Shown piece after piece: positions 52,201 through 64,000 of a stretch of 64,000 nt of DNA (its first letter is position 1; the number at the start of each line of letters is the position of its first letter). The notes below the pieces were generated by a model. It was given only the letters and a program-made list of their open reading frames with translations. It did not search any database and was not told the DNA's origin. The stretch comes from Lama glama. Taxonomy: Eukaryota. The stretch covers positions 77,068,001-77,132,000 of the forward strand of contig CM052817.1 in the NCBI GenBank assembly GCA_028534125.1, in the 5' to 3' direction. Both the position numbers and the translations under genes were made by a program.

Positions 52201-55200
52201 TAATCCTGGCAATTTTAGGAGGTGTCCATTTGACAGATAAAGAATTTAAGTAGGATTATATTGAGATATATTTGTGCTCAAATCCTGAAATTCTGCAGTT
52301 GCTTTGTATTTATATAAATAGCAGGTTGGAGAACATCATTGCCTCTGTCATTTATTAACTCCATGGTAAGACTAGAACTATTCCAACTGTGTATCTGTTT
52401 TATTGCTGGCACCTCCCCAAGATGCAATAGAAAAGCCGAGGAAGTGAGAGAAACATCCTCTATGTTTTTATAGGTATATTCGTATTTACCTTTTTTAGCT
52501 TTAACGTCTGGCTTGGAGCTTTCGCCCCAACCCCCTAGTCCCCAAATTAGGTTGAAATTGATTAGGATTTGTCTTATTTGTTTATGCAGCAGTTTATTAT
52601 ATCGGTGAAAGTAGATTTTGGCCAAAAATGATTACAAAAATAATTCAGCATGAGAAATACTGACAAGCTTTTAGTAAATTGATTAGGACATGTTGGATTT
52701 TAATGAACATTCAATACAGAACAGATATTTAGCAGCTGGAAGAGATACTGATCTTGATTTTTGAGATTTTAAAATAAAAATCTTAAGTTTCATCTTGAGG
52801 TGTATCTCAGCTTATACAATAAGAGCATTCCTGAAAAGTGTGTTTTATGCTGCATGATATCTTTATTTATACTTGATCATAGTACCAACAATATTGTGCC
52901 ACCATTAGCTTACTTCTTCTACTTGGCTTTTGAATCAGCTAGGGATAAGGACTATGTCTTACTCATGTTTTCATTCCGAGCAGCTAGCCAACACCTACAT
53001 ATGACAGGCCTCAAGATGCCACTCTGAGTGATGAGTTAGCTAGTATTTGTTACATGTTCACATGTGACAGATTCTACAACACTAAGGTTCAGATCTCTCT
53101 ATTGTCTAGGTTGTGTAAAGATGAAAGTAAAATTTACCCAATAAAGAAATATCCATAACAATTTTAAGTCTTTGAATTTTTGAGATTTAGTATTAAATAT
53201 ATTAAAAATAACATTTTAGAAGGCTCTCATTTGAAAAGGAGTTATTGATTAGAGCATTTTCAACAGTTTTTAGTTTTGTCAGAGGATAGAAAATTGAGGT
53301 GGCAGGAAGGAAACTATCTTTTGAATTACTTTTGATTAAAGAGAGGCTGAGTGTTTTATCCCTTAAAACCCACTTTCTACTGATGACAGTGGAAGGTAGT
53401 ATTAAATAATTGGAGTATTATGTAATCCTTTCTATGTTTTGATATTAACTATATCTATTACATTAATATCCAAAAGATATATACGAAGTCTATATAATGG
53501 CTGTATATTTAAAGACTAGTTTTTCTTTATTCCTGCACTAAAACAAAATTACTGTGACACCTTGAAATTTAGTGGCTCAGATCTTTAGGAAGTTTTTAAT
53601 GCTGGTTGGTTATTTTAAGTATTATTTATTTCTTTTAGCAAAGAATTTTTTTTTTAATTCTTTCATTTCTAGTGTTTACGCAAGTGGGGTTATAGAAGAT
53701 GTGAAGATATTTGTTGGATTAAAACCAATAAAAACAATCCAGGGAAGACTAAGACTTTAGATCCAAAGGCTGTCTTCCAGAGAACAAAGGTATTGCCATT
53801 ACTGCTTTGTTTTCTTTATTTTCATTATTTTCTCTTAAGCTTTTCCAAATGACTGTATACTTTTAATTAATTTTAGTGGAAAGATCCTTCTCCTAGACTT
53901 GTACAAAAAATGGCATTGAGCAGCAAAGTAATACATCTAAGTTAATTTTAAAATATTTTATTTACTCAATTAGATCAACCTATACTGTGCTGGAGAAGGC
54001 AGTGTGCATTCCTGTGTGTCCTAAACTGCTGTAATACTGAGTCAAATGTGGGCTTTTGGTACTTCTGACCCCCGGATTTTTTTCCTTTTATCTAGGCCTA
54101 GTAAAGAAATGGCAGCAGGACTCATAGCTGGCCAGCTGGATAAATACTTCTCTCCCCTTTGCTTCTTCTTCCTACATAAGAACCCTAAAAACCTAAACAA
54201 GCACCGCTGAGAACCTCTGCTTCTTAGGACTGCCTGACTAGTTATCAGGCTTTAATAGTTTGTGCTCCAGTCTTTCATTCTTCAGGGACCCACTGATGGA
54301 GGGTCTTTTTAGACTAGAAATTCTCTTGAAAGGAATCTAAGCCATCCTTACTATTATAAATTCATGCAGTCAGGTGAGATTACATTTATTTAAACCATAC
54401 TCCCACCATTCCAGATTGAATTGAGGTCAAAAAAAAAAAAAGAGAGAAACTGACTTTTCACATTTACTTATGTTGAGTATTTAGAAGTTTGTATTCATCC
54501 TTTAAGTCCGTGCTCCATATGAAAAGGCTTACATCTTGTAGATAGTTTTGATCTTGGATTATGTGAGGCCCAGTATAACATCTGAAGATTCCAAAGTCAA
54601 GTGCCATGTTTCCATAACTGCTGAAAACAAGTTATTATCAAGTGTTGCAGATGGAAAGAAGATTCCATGGTCACTGACTCAGTTCTAAAATGTGATGACC
54701 CCAAGTTTAATATTCTGTTGCCTAGCTTCCCTGGCAATCTTCCCATATCCAGAGATCCAGATTTTTCTTACTGTACTTTTGCCCTTAGAACCATATCCCA
54801 AAGATTCAGAGAAACGAGGATTGTCTTTGAATTGGGAACATCAGAAATGTAAAATGTTATGAACTATTACTGTTAATGAAAAGAGATTCATTGATCTGCT
54901 CTTACTGTTGTTTAGGAACACTGCCTCATGGGGATCAAAGGAACCGTTAAGCGTAGCACAGACGGGGACTTCATTCATGCTAATGTTGACATTGACTTGA
55001 TTATCACAGAAGAACCTGAAATTGGCAATATAGAGAAGCCTGTAGAAATTTTTCATATAATTGAACATTTTTGTCTTGGTAGAAGACGCCTTCATCTATT
55101 TGGGAGAGATAGTACAATTCGACCAGGTAAGGGGAAGAAAGAAAACAGTATAGTTCTGTGGGATAAAGATGTTAAGAAATAGCATACAGTGCTATGTAGT

Positions 55201-58200
55201 ATAAAATTCATCTAATGTGTTTGATTCCTCTTCTTGCTGTACTTCACACCTGCCAAGCTCATTCTTGTCAGTCCTTTTCCATGGTCCTCTCTCCTTTCAA
55301 ATACCTGACTGACTTCTTACAACCCTGTCTAAATTAGGCAGCTTCCCACTCCACTCCCCTCTTCCCACCACTCTCTTTCCCTTTAATCTGTTTTCTTTTT
55401 CTTCATAGCATTTATCTTTATCTGAATTACAGATTCATTTGGTTATATGTTTATAGTCAGTCTCTTCAGTATACAGTCTCATGGAAAGCAGATTGTCTTA
55501 CTCTCTTCTTTCTACCCAGCATTCAGGTTACTCAGTAAATGTGGTGTTGAATGAAGAAATGTATAAAGGACATTTGGTCATGTCTACAACATCTGTAAGA
55601 CATTCAGTCCATAAGGTCTTTGGTTTGTAAAGTCCATGCCAAAAGGTCCTTGATATTTGGCCCTGTCCAAAATCATTTGGCATGGACCGAATTTTCTCAT
55701 GAATGTTTTGGCAAGGACTAAATTTTTGGGACCATGTGGCATGGACCAAATGTCTTACTGACTTTTTTGGATAGGACTAAGTCTGCCAACCAAATGATCC
55801 TGCAGAAAATAACCATGCATTTGTGAAATACAGATCTCAGCTTTATTAGAAACTAATGTACCTGGCTTGTTTCCTTACATGTATCATGATGTTGCTTTTT
55901 TCAGAATTTTAACTTTTCTTTTTTAACTTAATCAGTATAATGTGAATTTACTATTTTGAAAAAAAATGAGTAAAAAATAAACATGGGACTAGGATTTTCT
56001 TTCAGAGGGCACAGCTTTTGTTTATAAATCATTGTTGAAATAACAGTACATCTTATTTCTTTTATTTCTCAGAAAATATAAAAGTAACTTTTAAGAGCAT
56101 TGCATTACTTCAGTCACAATATATAAAATCGATCTGTTTGGCATTACCATGCTAGAAATACAGTTTAAAGATGGAAGGAGTCAGGATCTTACTTGTTTTA
56201 ATCTACATTTCATAAAAAGTAAAAGTTGAAGAAGTTGCAGTAGAATAATTGACCTTAAAATTACCTAAGAATTTAGAAGAAACTCTGATGTTCATTCTAA
56301 AAAAAAGTAATCCTTAAAGTTGCCTTATGTATACATAATGTAATTACCTCTCCCCATCCCCCCAGCCCCATCAGCTGTTTCTTTCAGGTGTGCTTTGATG
56401 AACACAGTAACTTGGAAATATTTTGCTTGTAGGAACTGGTGGTCTTGAATTTCATAAAATTGTATAAAATGATAAAGGAAAAGTAAAACTATATTCTCTA
56501 TATAAAGAAATATTTTGCATGGGAAATGTTTGTGAGGCTTGGCTTTGCTATATTTAAAAGTAAATGTTTTTCCTCCTGACAGTTTGTTATTCAGAATTGT
56601 TTTGCGTAAGTTACCATTCTGTTATTGCTTCTTGGTTTAATGTTGTGGTCAAATAACATGCACCATAAGATTTTAATTATCTGTAATTTGTTGAGATTTG
56701 TTTTTGACCCATTTAGATAAATATTGCAAGTCCAATTGAAAAGAATGTATATTGTTCTTGTTGTTGGTAGGTGATATTTACTAATTGTGTGCTGTTTGTA
56801 TTGGCCATGTCTTTAATGATTTATTTTACTTTGTGAGAAAGGTATGTTATAATCTATTATGATTATGGGTTTGTGGTTTTGTTTAGTTATCAGTTTTATG
56901 TTTATAGCTATTTAAGATTCTGTTGTTAGGTGTTTATAAAATGTAGAATTTTTATGCCTTCCTTGTAGATTAACCCTCTTTAGTATTATGAAATGTCCTT
57001 ATTTATATCCAGTATTTCTTACTTTAAATCCTACTTCATCTGACATTATTATAGCTACTCCTCTTTCTTTTGGCTTGTTTGCATGGTGTATTATTTCCAT
57101 CCTTCTCTTTATAATCTTCCATATCCATACATTTAAGGTGTATCTCTTGTGAACAAAAATAGTTGGTTTTCATCCAGTTTATTGTTATTTTTCAATTGAG
57201 TTGTTTAGTCAGTCTATATTTAACGTAATTCCTGATGTATTTGGGCATAAATTACCATCTTACTGTTTTGCTTTACATTGGTAGCAACTGTTTTATGTTC
57301 CTTTTTCTCTTGTTTCTTTTGGATTGATTAACTATTCTTATATTATTCAATTTTTCTTTTTTATTAGCCTGTTAGGTATTCTTTTATTGTACCTTCAGTG
57401 GCTATCTTGCAGCATGAATCCTTGAATTATTAAATTCCAATTTAAAGTAGTTTATTGATTTTTTCTTTAAAGGGGTGGGAATGCTGTGGTTTAAACTTCA
57501 TAGTTTTCTTAATTTTTTTAAACCAGTTTTCTCAGTACATGTACAGTTCATGTGTAAGTTATTATATACATACCATATACAGCTATAAAATGAGCTTTGG
57601 GTTGTTTAGCTTTCCGCTGTACATATACATGAACATCTTGTTTGGATTTTTGTGGATGATTTTACTCTTTTATCAAAGTAAAATATTTTGTCAGCAGAGC
57701 TTATGGCAAGCAAATGTTTCCTCTTCACTGGCTTAAAAGAAACTAACATCACTAGATACTCAACTGGAAGGGTGTGTTTTTCAGAAAGTGTAGATGTCCA
57801 TAGATACTGAATATCAAGATTATGGTTCTAGCATTTGAGGAAATGAACAGATTTTTCTCTTCCATCATTAACCTGTCCTACGCAAAAATAGCTCCTGAAT
57901 CTGGGAACAATCTCCAGTGGCAATGCTGTTTAAATGAAGTAGAAAACTTTAAAGAAAAAGCAAAACTATTTGAAGAGGAAAAACAAACATCAAACAAATG
58001 ATAATCTTTTAATAAGTGAAAAGTCAGTATAACATTAATGAAAATTTTGAAGAGGAAAAAGGATTCAGTCTCACTACTTCAAAGAATTATTTTCTTTTTT
58101 TTTTACATAATACTTTCCAGTCCTGTGTGTACAAATTTTTACATAACTGTAGTTGTTGTCATTTTGTATTTTTCTCAATATTATGTTAAATATATTTCTA

Positions 58201-60892
58201 CATTTAAAATAATTAGTTGTAATCATTTTAATGGCTTTATAGCATAATTTTAATCAAAAGTTTTTTTTTGTTATAGAGGCTTGAGTAGAAGAACCTGAGT
58301 AGAGAGAATAGATCATTGTTAAGTATAGGTGTAAGCATAAGCAGCAACTAAAATAGAGATTTTTCTTGATGCCAATTTGTATTTGTAACTCGAATAGTCT
58401 ATAACTGTAAATATAGTGGGGGTTTTCTCCATCCATTTAGCCGTGGCCACTTAACCCACTTCAGATTATACATTATCTCTTTCATGTAGGATATCCTTCT
58501 GTCTGTATCTATGCCAGTTGAACAAAGTCTTGGAGGTGCAGATTTTATTTTTTGCTTGTAAACTACCATCTGATTCTTTATCTTTGCCTATTCTTAGAAA
58601 AATTATTCTAATATTAGCTATAGTGAAACAGAACTAAGAAAGAATATCTGCTTGGGGAGATTATTAAGTAGTTGGAGATTAACCACATAAATAATAGGAG
58701 CAATTGAGAGAAGTCTGCTAAAGGCCTTAACTTATTTGGTTTGAATCTCAAATACACTTCTTCCTTAAGGAGATAGTCTAAGGGATATCACACATACCAT
58801 AGGAATACTATATATTGTTGCTTTGAAAGGTTTAAAAATTGCTATGTGTGTCAAATATGCTGAAGCTAGGCTAATTTAAACTTACTTGGTTCTTAGTAAT
58901 GCCTTTAGAAAGTGTAATAAAACACTAGGAATAAAGAACGTGTGGGTGGGAGGCAGAGTTCCTTACAGTTCATTCTATGAAGATGTACATATCGTATTTA
59001 TGTAAGAGGCAATATAGCATGAAAGAAACAGTATTAACTATTTTTATTAAATCTTTAAGTTTTTTTTCTTATTCCTTGCTTGTGTGTTGTGTCATACCAC
59101 ATACATGCCAAACAAATCAGAAGGGAGCAAGTAAAAATCTCAAAGATTCAATTGTCAGTGAGACCACATAGGTGTGCAGTGTGCTCTTTCAACTGATTGC
59201 CTAGCAGGTTATCTGCTAGATGAGACATAAAAGATACAGTATGATTTACCTGATTTTTTTTTCTTCAGATATTATAAATCTTTTATCTATGCACTGTTAG
59301 ATACTGAAGACTTTTTTAAATGAGCAAAATTTTGTACAAAAATGGCTACTACATTCTACAATGTGATCTTAGTAAAATATTTTACATTTTATAGGATTTT
59401 ATAATGGACTTAATAGTCTAAGAAATAACCTTGATGATGATAGGGTAGAAATATTGTGAACCTAATTTTTCAAATGAAAAACCTAGTTCTTAGGTATTAC
59501 TCCTCCTGCTCCAGTGAGCAAGAATCGCCACACTCAGGGAACACCAAGCATGATGTCTCTATCAGGCATTACGGTTAATTTGTATTTCCTCCCATTCCAG
59601 ATACAGTTAAATCAGACAGAAGTCATTCCTATATAATCAAAATTGTCTAGCAAGTAGTTGACAGAAATACCTTTTTACCAAAAGAAATACAATGTGTATT
59701 GGAAATCCTGAGAGAGAAAGTATTTTCGTTTTACGTAAGATGTATATTTGAAGTGGATGTTGAAGGATGGACTTTTTAACAGGTTGACAGGATAGGAAAA
59801 AAAATAGGCACAGAGGCAGAGATGAGTATGGGAACAGTTACTGAAGTGATTCATTGCTTTTACTCAAGTGAAAGTGTTATGAAAAGCATTAATGAGCAGT
59901 GTGATTGGAAAGCTAGCTCAAGCCTCATAAAAGAGCTTAGATTCCATATTTATGAACTAAGCTTTGCTTTAGGCTTTCCTTTTTTGGAAGGAGGAGATGT
60001 TGGGAGAGCAATACAGTGTATTTTTATGTCTGTTAAATGTGTAGGGGACTAGTGAAGTAGAAAAATGAAGACCTAAATTTAAGGGCGGCAGTAGAAATGG
60101 ACAGATAGGAATGAATAGGAGCAACATGGTTGTGGTTGAATTTCTAAGATCTGTTAGCTGGGTTAGTGTTGTTGGGAAGAGTAGAGGCAACAGTTAATTT
60201 CAGGATTTTAATCAGAAAACTATGGTACCATTTCTACAAGTAGAAAGGTGATATAAAATTTATTAAATTTTCACTAAGCCCAAACTTACTGTAGTGTATG
60301 TTTTTTTTTCCTAAGTACTGTTCTCACAGAATGTGAAACATGGACAGAGACAGTGAGGAGGGTTATGGTACAAAAGTTACGGTCTAGGAGGAGAAACAAA
60401 ATGTATACATATGAAATCTTTATGACTGTGATTAAATGCCATGCATTCTTTGGAAAAAAAAAAGATCAGTGTTGGGTGAGTGATAGGAACATCTTTAAGA
60501 ATGCATTGGAAATTTGAAGTAGCTCCTAATGGATGAATAAGAGAATTGGAAAAAAAAAAGTAACCTTTTTTTTCCACTCCATTTCAGGCTGGCTTACAGT
60601 GGGACCAACTCTTACAAATAGCAACTACAATGCAGAAACATACGCATCCTACTTCAGTGCCCCGAATTCCTACTTGACTGGGTGTACAGAAGAAATTGAG
60701 AGACTTCGACCAAAGTCACCTCCTCCCAAATCTAAATCTGATCGAGGAGGTGGAGCTCCCAGAGGAGGAGGAAGAGGTGGAACTTCTGCTGGCCGTGGGA
60801 GAGAAAGAAATCGATCCAACTTCCGAGGAGAAAGAGGTGGCTTCAGGGGGGGCCGTGGAGGAGCACACAGAGGTGGCTTTCCACCTCGATAG
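36947..60892 (+). CDS. METTL14: METTL14, non-catalytic subunit of the m6A writer complex; join(36947..37012,39545..39633,40432..40519,41575..41655,42023..42110,46744..46834,48022..48163,51370..51462,53673..53789,54916..55126,60588..60892)
   Basis: Exon lengths 66+89+88+81+88+91+142+93+117+211+305=1371 nt, giving 456 aa plus stop with no frameshift. Translation [17 protein letters not shown]...EPPLEEYY...GGFPPR is recognisable METTL14 (MT-A70 fold, C-terminal RGG repeats). All introns are GT-AG except intron 3 (GC-AG). Confidence 0.98.
38893..39433 (+). repeat. Three tandem copies of a ~177-185 bp unit in METTL14 intron 1
   Basis: Anchor tgctgaggtagttac at 39061, 39241 and 39418; aaaatcattcttaattaa in each unit. 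Confidence 0.92.
39545..39633 (+). CDS. METTL14: METTL14 exon 2 ([10 protein letters not shown]...ETC)
   Basis: acceptor ttctctcag|, donor |gtcagt; in frame. Confidence 0.96.
40252..40386 (-). mobile_element. tRNA-derived SINE (Vic-1-like) in METTL14 intron 2
   Basis: 17-bp TSD catcttgta(t/c)atatttg at 40235-40251 and 40387-40403. Confidence 0.88.
40432..40519 (+). CDS. METTL14: METTL14 exon 3 ([13 protein letters not shown]...MEEYK)
   Basis: acceptor tttttag|; non-canonical donor AAG|GCAAGT. Confidence 0.94.
41575..41655 (+). CDS. METTL14: METTL14 exon 4 ([12 protein letters not shown]...STFLK)
   Basis: acceptor ttttccaag|, donor |gtaaat. Confidence 0.96.
42023..42110 (+). CDS. METTL14: METTL14 exon 5 ([15 protein letters not shown]...RDV)
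   Basis: acceptor ttttttag|, donor |gtatgt. Confidence 0.96.
42330..45460. mobile_element. Nested LINE-1 cluster in METTL14 intron 5
   Basis: Old L1 pieces at ~42330-43075 and ~43090-44880 (minus), a younger L1 3' end at 43211-43983 with TSD ttagaac, and plus-strand L1 3' ends at ~44950-45460. Confidence 0.78.
46744..46834 (+). CDS. METTL14: METTL14 exon 6 ([14 protein letters not shown]...NTPP)
   Basis: acceptor cctcctcag|, donor |gtaagt. Confidence 0.96.
48022..48163 (+). CDS. METTL14: METTL14 exon 7 (YLQAD...EPPLEEYY...WTWDD)
   Basis: acceptor aaatag|, donor |gtacga; EPPL at 48092-48103 is the degenerate counterpart of the METTL3 DPPW motif. Confidence 0.96.
48540..49560 (-). mobile_element. 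Ancient L2 remnant in intron 7
   Basis: Purine-rich text such as gagagcagttagaaggctattgcagtagcct and gagttaaagatgactc, typical of antisense L2. Confidence 0.6.
51370..51462 (+). CDS. METTL14: METTL14 exon 8 ([21 protein letters not shown]...GRV)
   Basis: acceptor ttcttacag|, donor |gtaagg. Confidence 0.96.
53673..53789 (+). CDS. METTL14: METTL14 exon 9 ([15 protein letters not shown]...QRTK)
   Basis: acceptor tttctag|, donor |gtattg. Confidence 0.96.
54916..55126 (+). CDS. METTL14: METTL14 exon 10 ([14 protein letters not shown]...STIRP)
   Basis: acceptor tttag|, donor |gtaagg; Arg298 codon CGT at 54952-54954; overlaps ORF-track 54928..55182. Confidence 0.97.
60588..60892 (+). CDS. METTL14: METTL14 exon 11 coding part (WLTVGP...RGG repeats...FPPR*)
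   Basis: acceptor atttcag|; stop TAG ends at 60892; Ser399 codon at 60716-60718. Confidence 0.97.
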
Positions 60893-61384
60893 TTTTTTAG
60901 GACACTGATCCTATTAATGCCCCTTTACCTTCTTTTTATAGTTTGCATTTCAACTGGGAGACATCATTTAGAACTCCATTTCAGCTTGCACTTTGCTTTA
61001 GTTTCTCTAAGCCGCAGGAATATTTTAGCCAACCTCCTTTGAAGTTGTGACTGTCTAATTTTGTCCAGGATAAACGAGTCATCCTGTCTTTTGTCATGTG
61101 CATGTAATTGAACAGAATGGAACAACATGAATACCTTCACTTTCAGAGACTGAATTTATTCTGATAGAGCTCATCTAATTACAAAGGCTTTTGCTTTTTA
61201 GAAAGAAAGTGAACAGTGAAAAAAGACCCAATCTGGAGTATCATGCTAGTGCTGACAGTAGTTGGTAATGGGCATCCTGCCACTGCTGTCACAGCAAGCG
61301 GGAAGCTGTTTGGGAGCCTTGAAGAAATGGAGTTGGAACAGATGGTAAATTTCTGTTAGGGTTTTAATGTTTTCTTAATGAAGC

Positions 61385-61796
61385 AATAAAAAGAGACTTC
61401 TTTTTTCTTTCTTTTTCAAAATTCTTGAAGTCGTGTAATTTGACTACAGAAGAAATTGAGAGACTTGGAACGATATCACCTCCTTCCAAATCTAAATTGG
61501 ATCGGGGAGGTGGAGCTCCCAGGGGTGGACAGAGGAAGAGAGAGAACCTAGTAGGCAGACTTAAAAAAAGAGAAAAAAATGCTCCTCATAATCTCAGCTG
61601 TGCAAGTATGGATGACTCTTAATCATACTTCTAAGAAGCAAATGAGGGCAGATACCCAAGTGGTAGAACTTTGGTGTGTACTTGACCTTGGCTTGACTTT
61701 CATAGCAGTTTCATATTCCTTAGCAAAATAAAATAATCAAAGACAACAGAGACACCTGGTTACCAGGTACTTGGTTTAAACATTTTGGGGAATAAA
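61385..61796 (+). promoter_or_regulatory. Candidate METTL14 polyadenylation signals (AATAAA at 61385, ~61727, 61791)
   Basis: Hexamers downstream of the stop; the first is followed by a T-rich tract. Usage not established. Confidence 0.5.
61440..61540 (+). repeat. Degenerate duplicate of METTL14 exon 11 segment ~60675-60777
   Basis: acagaagaaattgagagactt...tcacctcct.ccaaatctaaa...gatcg.ggaggtggagctcccag occurs at both sites; translation [28 protein letters not shown] versus [28 protein letters not shown]. Confidence 0.9.
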
Positions 61797-64000
61797 GTAC
61801 TTGGTGAGGAAACGACATTCAGCTTTAAACTTATTATGGAGAAAAGTTAATGTAAAATCAGGCACAAAAAACCCTCAACTTAAGAAGACTGCTTGGGAAG
61901 TGAAACTGCAGTTGCATTTTAAGGGACTGGTTTTTCAGATCAGTTGGTTGTGTAAGACTTTATGCTGTCATTTTTCTATATTGTAACTCATGTTTTAAAT
62001 GAATTTGCTGAATGAAATAATACCATTATTCTTGATAAATACATTTTTTATTTTGTGTATGATTTTTCTAATGAAACTAAACCTTTGACATTTGGGAGTC
62101 TGTTTTCTGTGAGTGGAATTGCCGTTGTTACCACATGAAGAAGGACTGACCTGAGATCAGACTATTCCTTTGGTCTGTGAGTAGCCATTCTTTGATTTTC
62201 ACTGGCTTATAAAATGAGGTTATTATATCCATTAAAGACTCAGTGTGAAGATAAGGGCTAAATTATAGAAATAGGATTGAAATCCTTAAAAGCCTGAGGA
62301 ATTAACTTGCTCATCCTGTTAGTGGTTTCTGGTATAGATAGCATGTGACTGATGTCTTTCTTGATGTAGACAGGATATAGAATAATTGGTTAGAGTTTTT
62401 ACTGAAATGAGGGTATATTTTCAACTTCAGTAATTAAAAGTTATCTGGAGATAGAACTGTACTTGCCAAAGTGGACCTGGCAATGATGAAGACAAAGATG
62501 TTCAAATTGCCCACTGTGGGTCCTTAGAAATATCAGCTAGTTAATGACTCTGTCCTATAAACAGGACTTTCTGGTCTGGTCCATGTCCTGGGGCTAGCCA
62601 AGGGATGGCTGCATTTCTAGTGCTTACCTGGCCTAGTCATCTGTGAGATCTGTATCATGGTATCATCTTATAGAGAGTTAGGAATGGCTTTTTGTAGATT
62701 GAAAGTTAAAGGGAGCCACAGCCCACCATATTCAGTACAGAGCAAATAAGAAAAGAGTAGGTGATAGGGAAAAATGCAAGCCTAGAATTTTCCTTCAGCA
62801 GTGTAATGGCCATTTTTATAACAGGATGGAATTGACTCACTAGTTTTGCTACCCTTCACTTTCAGTAAGTGTTGGGTATCAATTTTACAATAGCTTCTTT
62901 ATTCATTGAGGAACCGTTTCCAGTGAAAACTCATTACTCTGACCTTTTCTGAGTTTTAATCATCTATATATGTACGTCTTAATTTTCACAAAGTTATCTG
63001 GGGATCACCAAAAATAAGTTGTAGTTGCTTTACTTACTGATTTCTTATTGGAGATAGAAGCTAATAACTCTGTAATAACCCTATACTTTTTCAGTTTAAA
63101 AATTTTAAGATCTGCATACCTAATATTATACATAATTACAGTTCCAGGTATTCTAAGCCAAATGTTGATGTTTATTTTCATTGACAGCAGTTATCTCTGT
63201 TAACCACTGTCCTTTCAGAGGATGGAGATGAGAAGGCCCAAAGTATTACAGTTCTTTTTGACTGTCTTCATTGTATAGAATAGAAAAGGGGAAGAGGTTG
63301 ATGAAGTCAGCTGGAATGGATTTTGTGGTGGGGATACCATACCCAAACACTGCTAAACCAGATTAGTTCCAGGGAATTGTGGGACATCAGTCAAACTATG
63401 GAATGGTCACCATGAGACAAGACAGCATGAGAGGTGTCAAGGTGGGAAGGGGGCAGATTGAGTGTGCAGTCTGGCATGACAGCCAGATCCTATGTCCAGA
63501 GTTGGATAAGAACTACATCAGCAGTATCCCGCCGATACTTTGGTAAGTAGAAGAGCCACCAATGAGTCCTTAGCTCATAAATGTGGAAACTTAAACACAT
63601 CTCTCTCTTATCTGAAAACTGAATGTTAGGCCATAGTTTCATTTTAAATTGACAGTCCTAATGGTAGGATGCCTGGGAGTTAGTGTGCTGCCAATAGATG
63701 ACAGTCTTGTGTCATAGCTGTTACTAGGAATGATTCCCTTTTGTATTTTTAAAAATACTTTGTACCCATCTTAATCGCTAAAGTAACAATGTTCTGATTA
63801 GTTACAGCAGCTAATTTTAAAATTCATATTATTTTCATCCTGAATTTAAGAAGATAAGATTTGGTCTTTAAAGTATAGTTCGAGATTTTGCTGATTTAAA
63901 TGATTGCCTAGTTAGGATTCATTCTAAATAGTAGTCTCTGACCTGAAAGTGTCCCACATTTCAGTGAGCTATTAAAAACATAAGCCTTTGCTTATAAGAA

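Noticed and set aside
60893..61100. DRACH motifs just after the METTL14 stop as evidence of m6A autoregulation
   Set aside because: DRACH is too frequent to infer anything from sequence alone

Overview
Mammalian genomic DNA, probably a camelid (inferred from several copies of a tRNA-Ala-like SINE resembling the camelid Vic-1 family). The right half holds the complete, intact METTL14 gene (+ strand, 11 coding exons, 36947-60892, 1371 nt, 456 aa), with a CpG-island promoter, a GC-AG intron 3, a 3x ~180-bp tandem repeat in intron 1 and a degenerate copy of part of the last exon about 550 bp past the stop. The left half looks intergenic (L1, L2, MIR, LTR and DNA-transposon relics, plus a 500-N gap). 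On the minus strand between ~14.9 and ~33.5 kb, however, there is a chain of about 18 exon-like segments with splice signals, mostly compatible phases and scattered stops or frameshifts. Their translations line up collinearly, by eye and from my memory of the human proteins, with the central and C-terminal parts of GREB1/GREB1L. The main hypothesis is a decayed, intron-containing, divergent GREB1-family paralog (unitary pseudogene) head-to-head with METTL14. No searches were run; repeat family names and the GREB1 assignment need confirmation.
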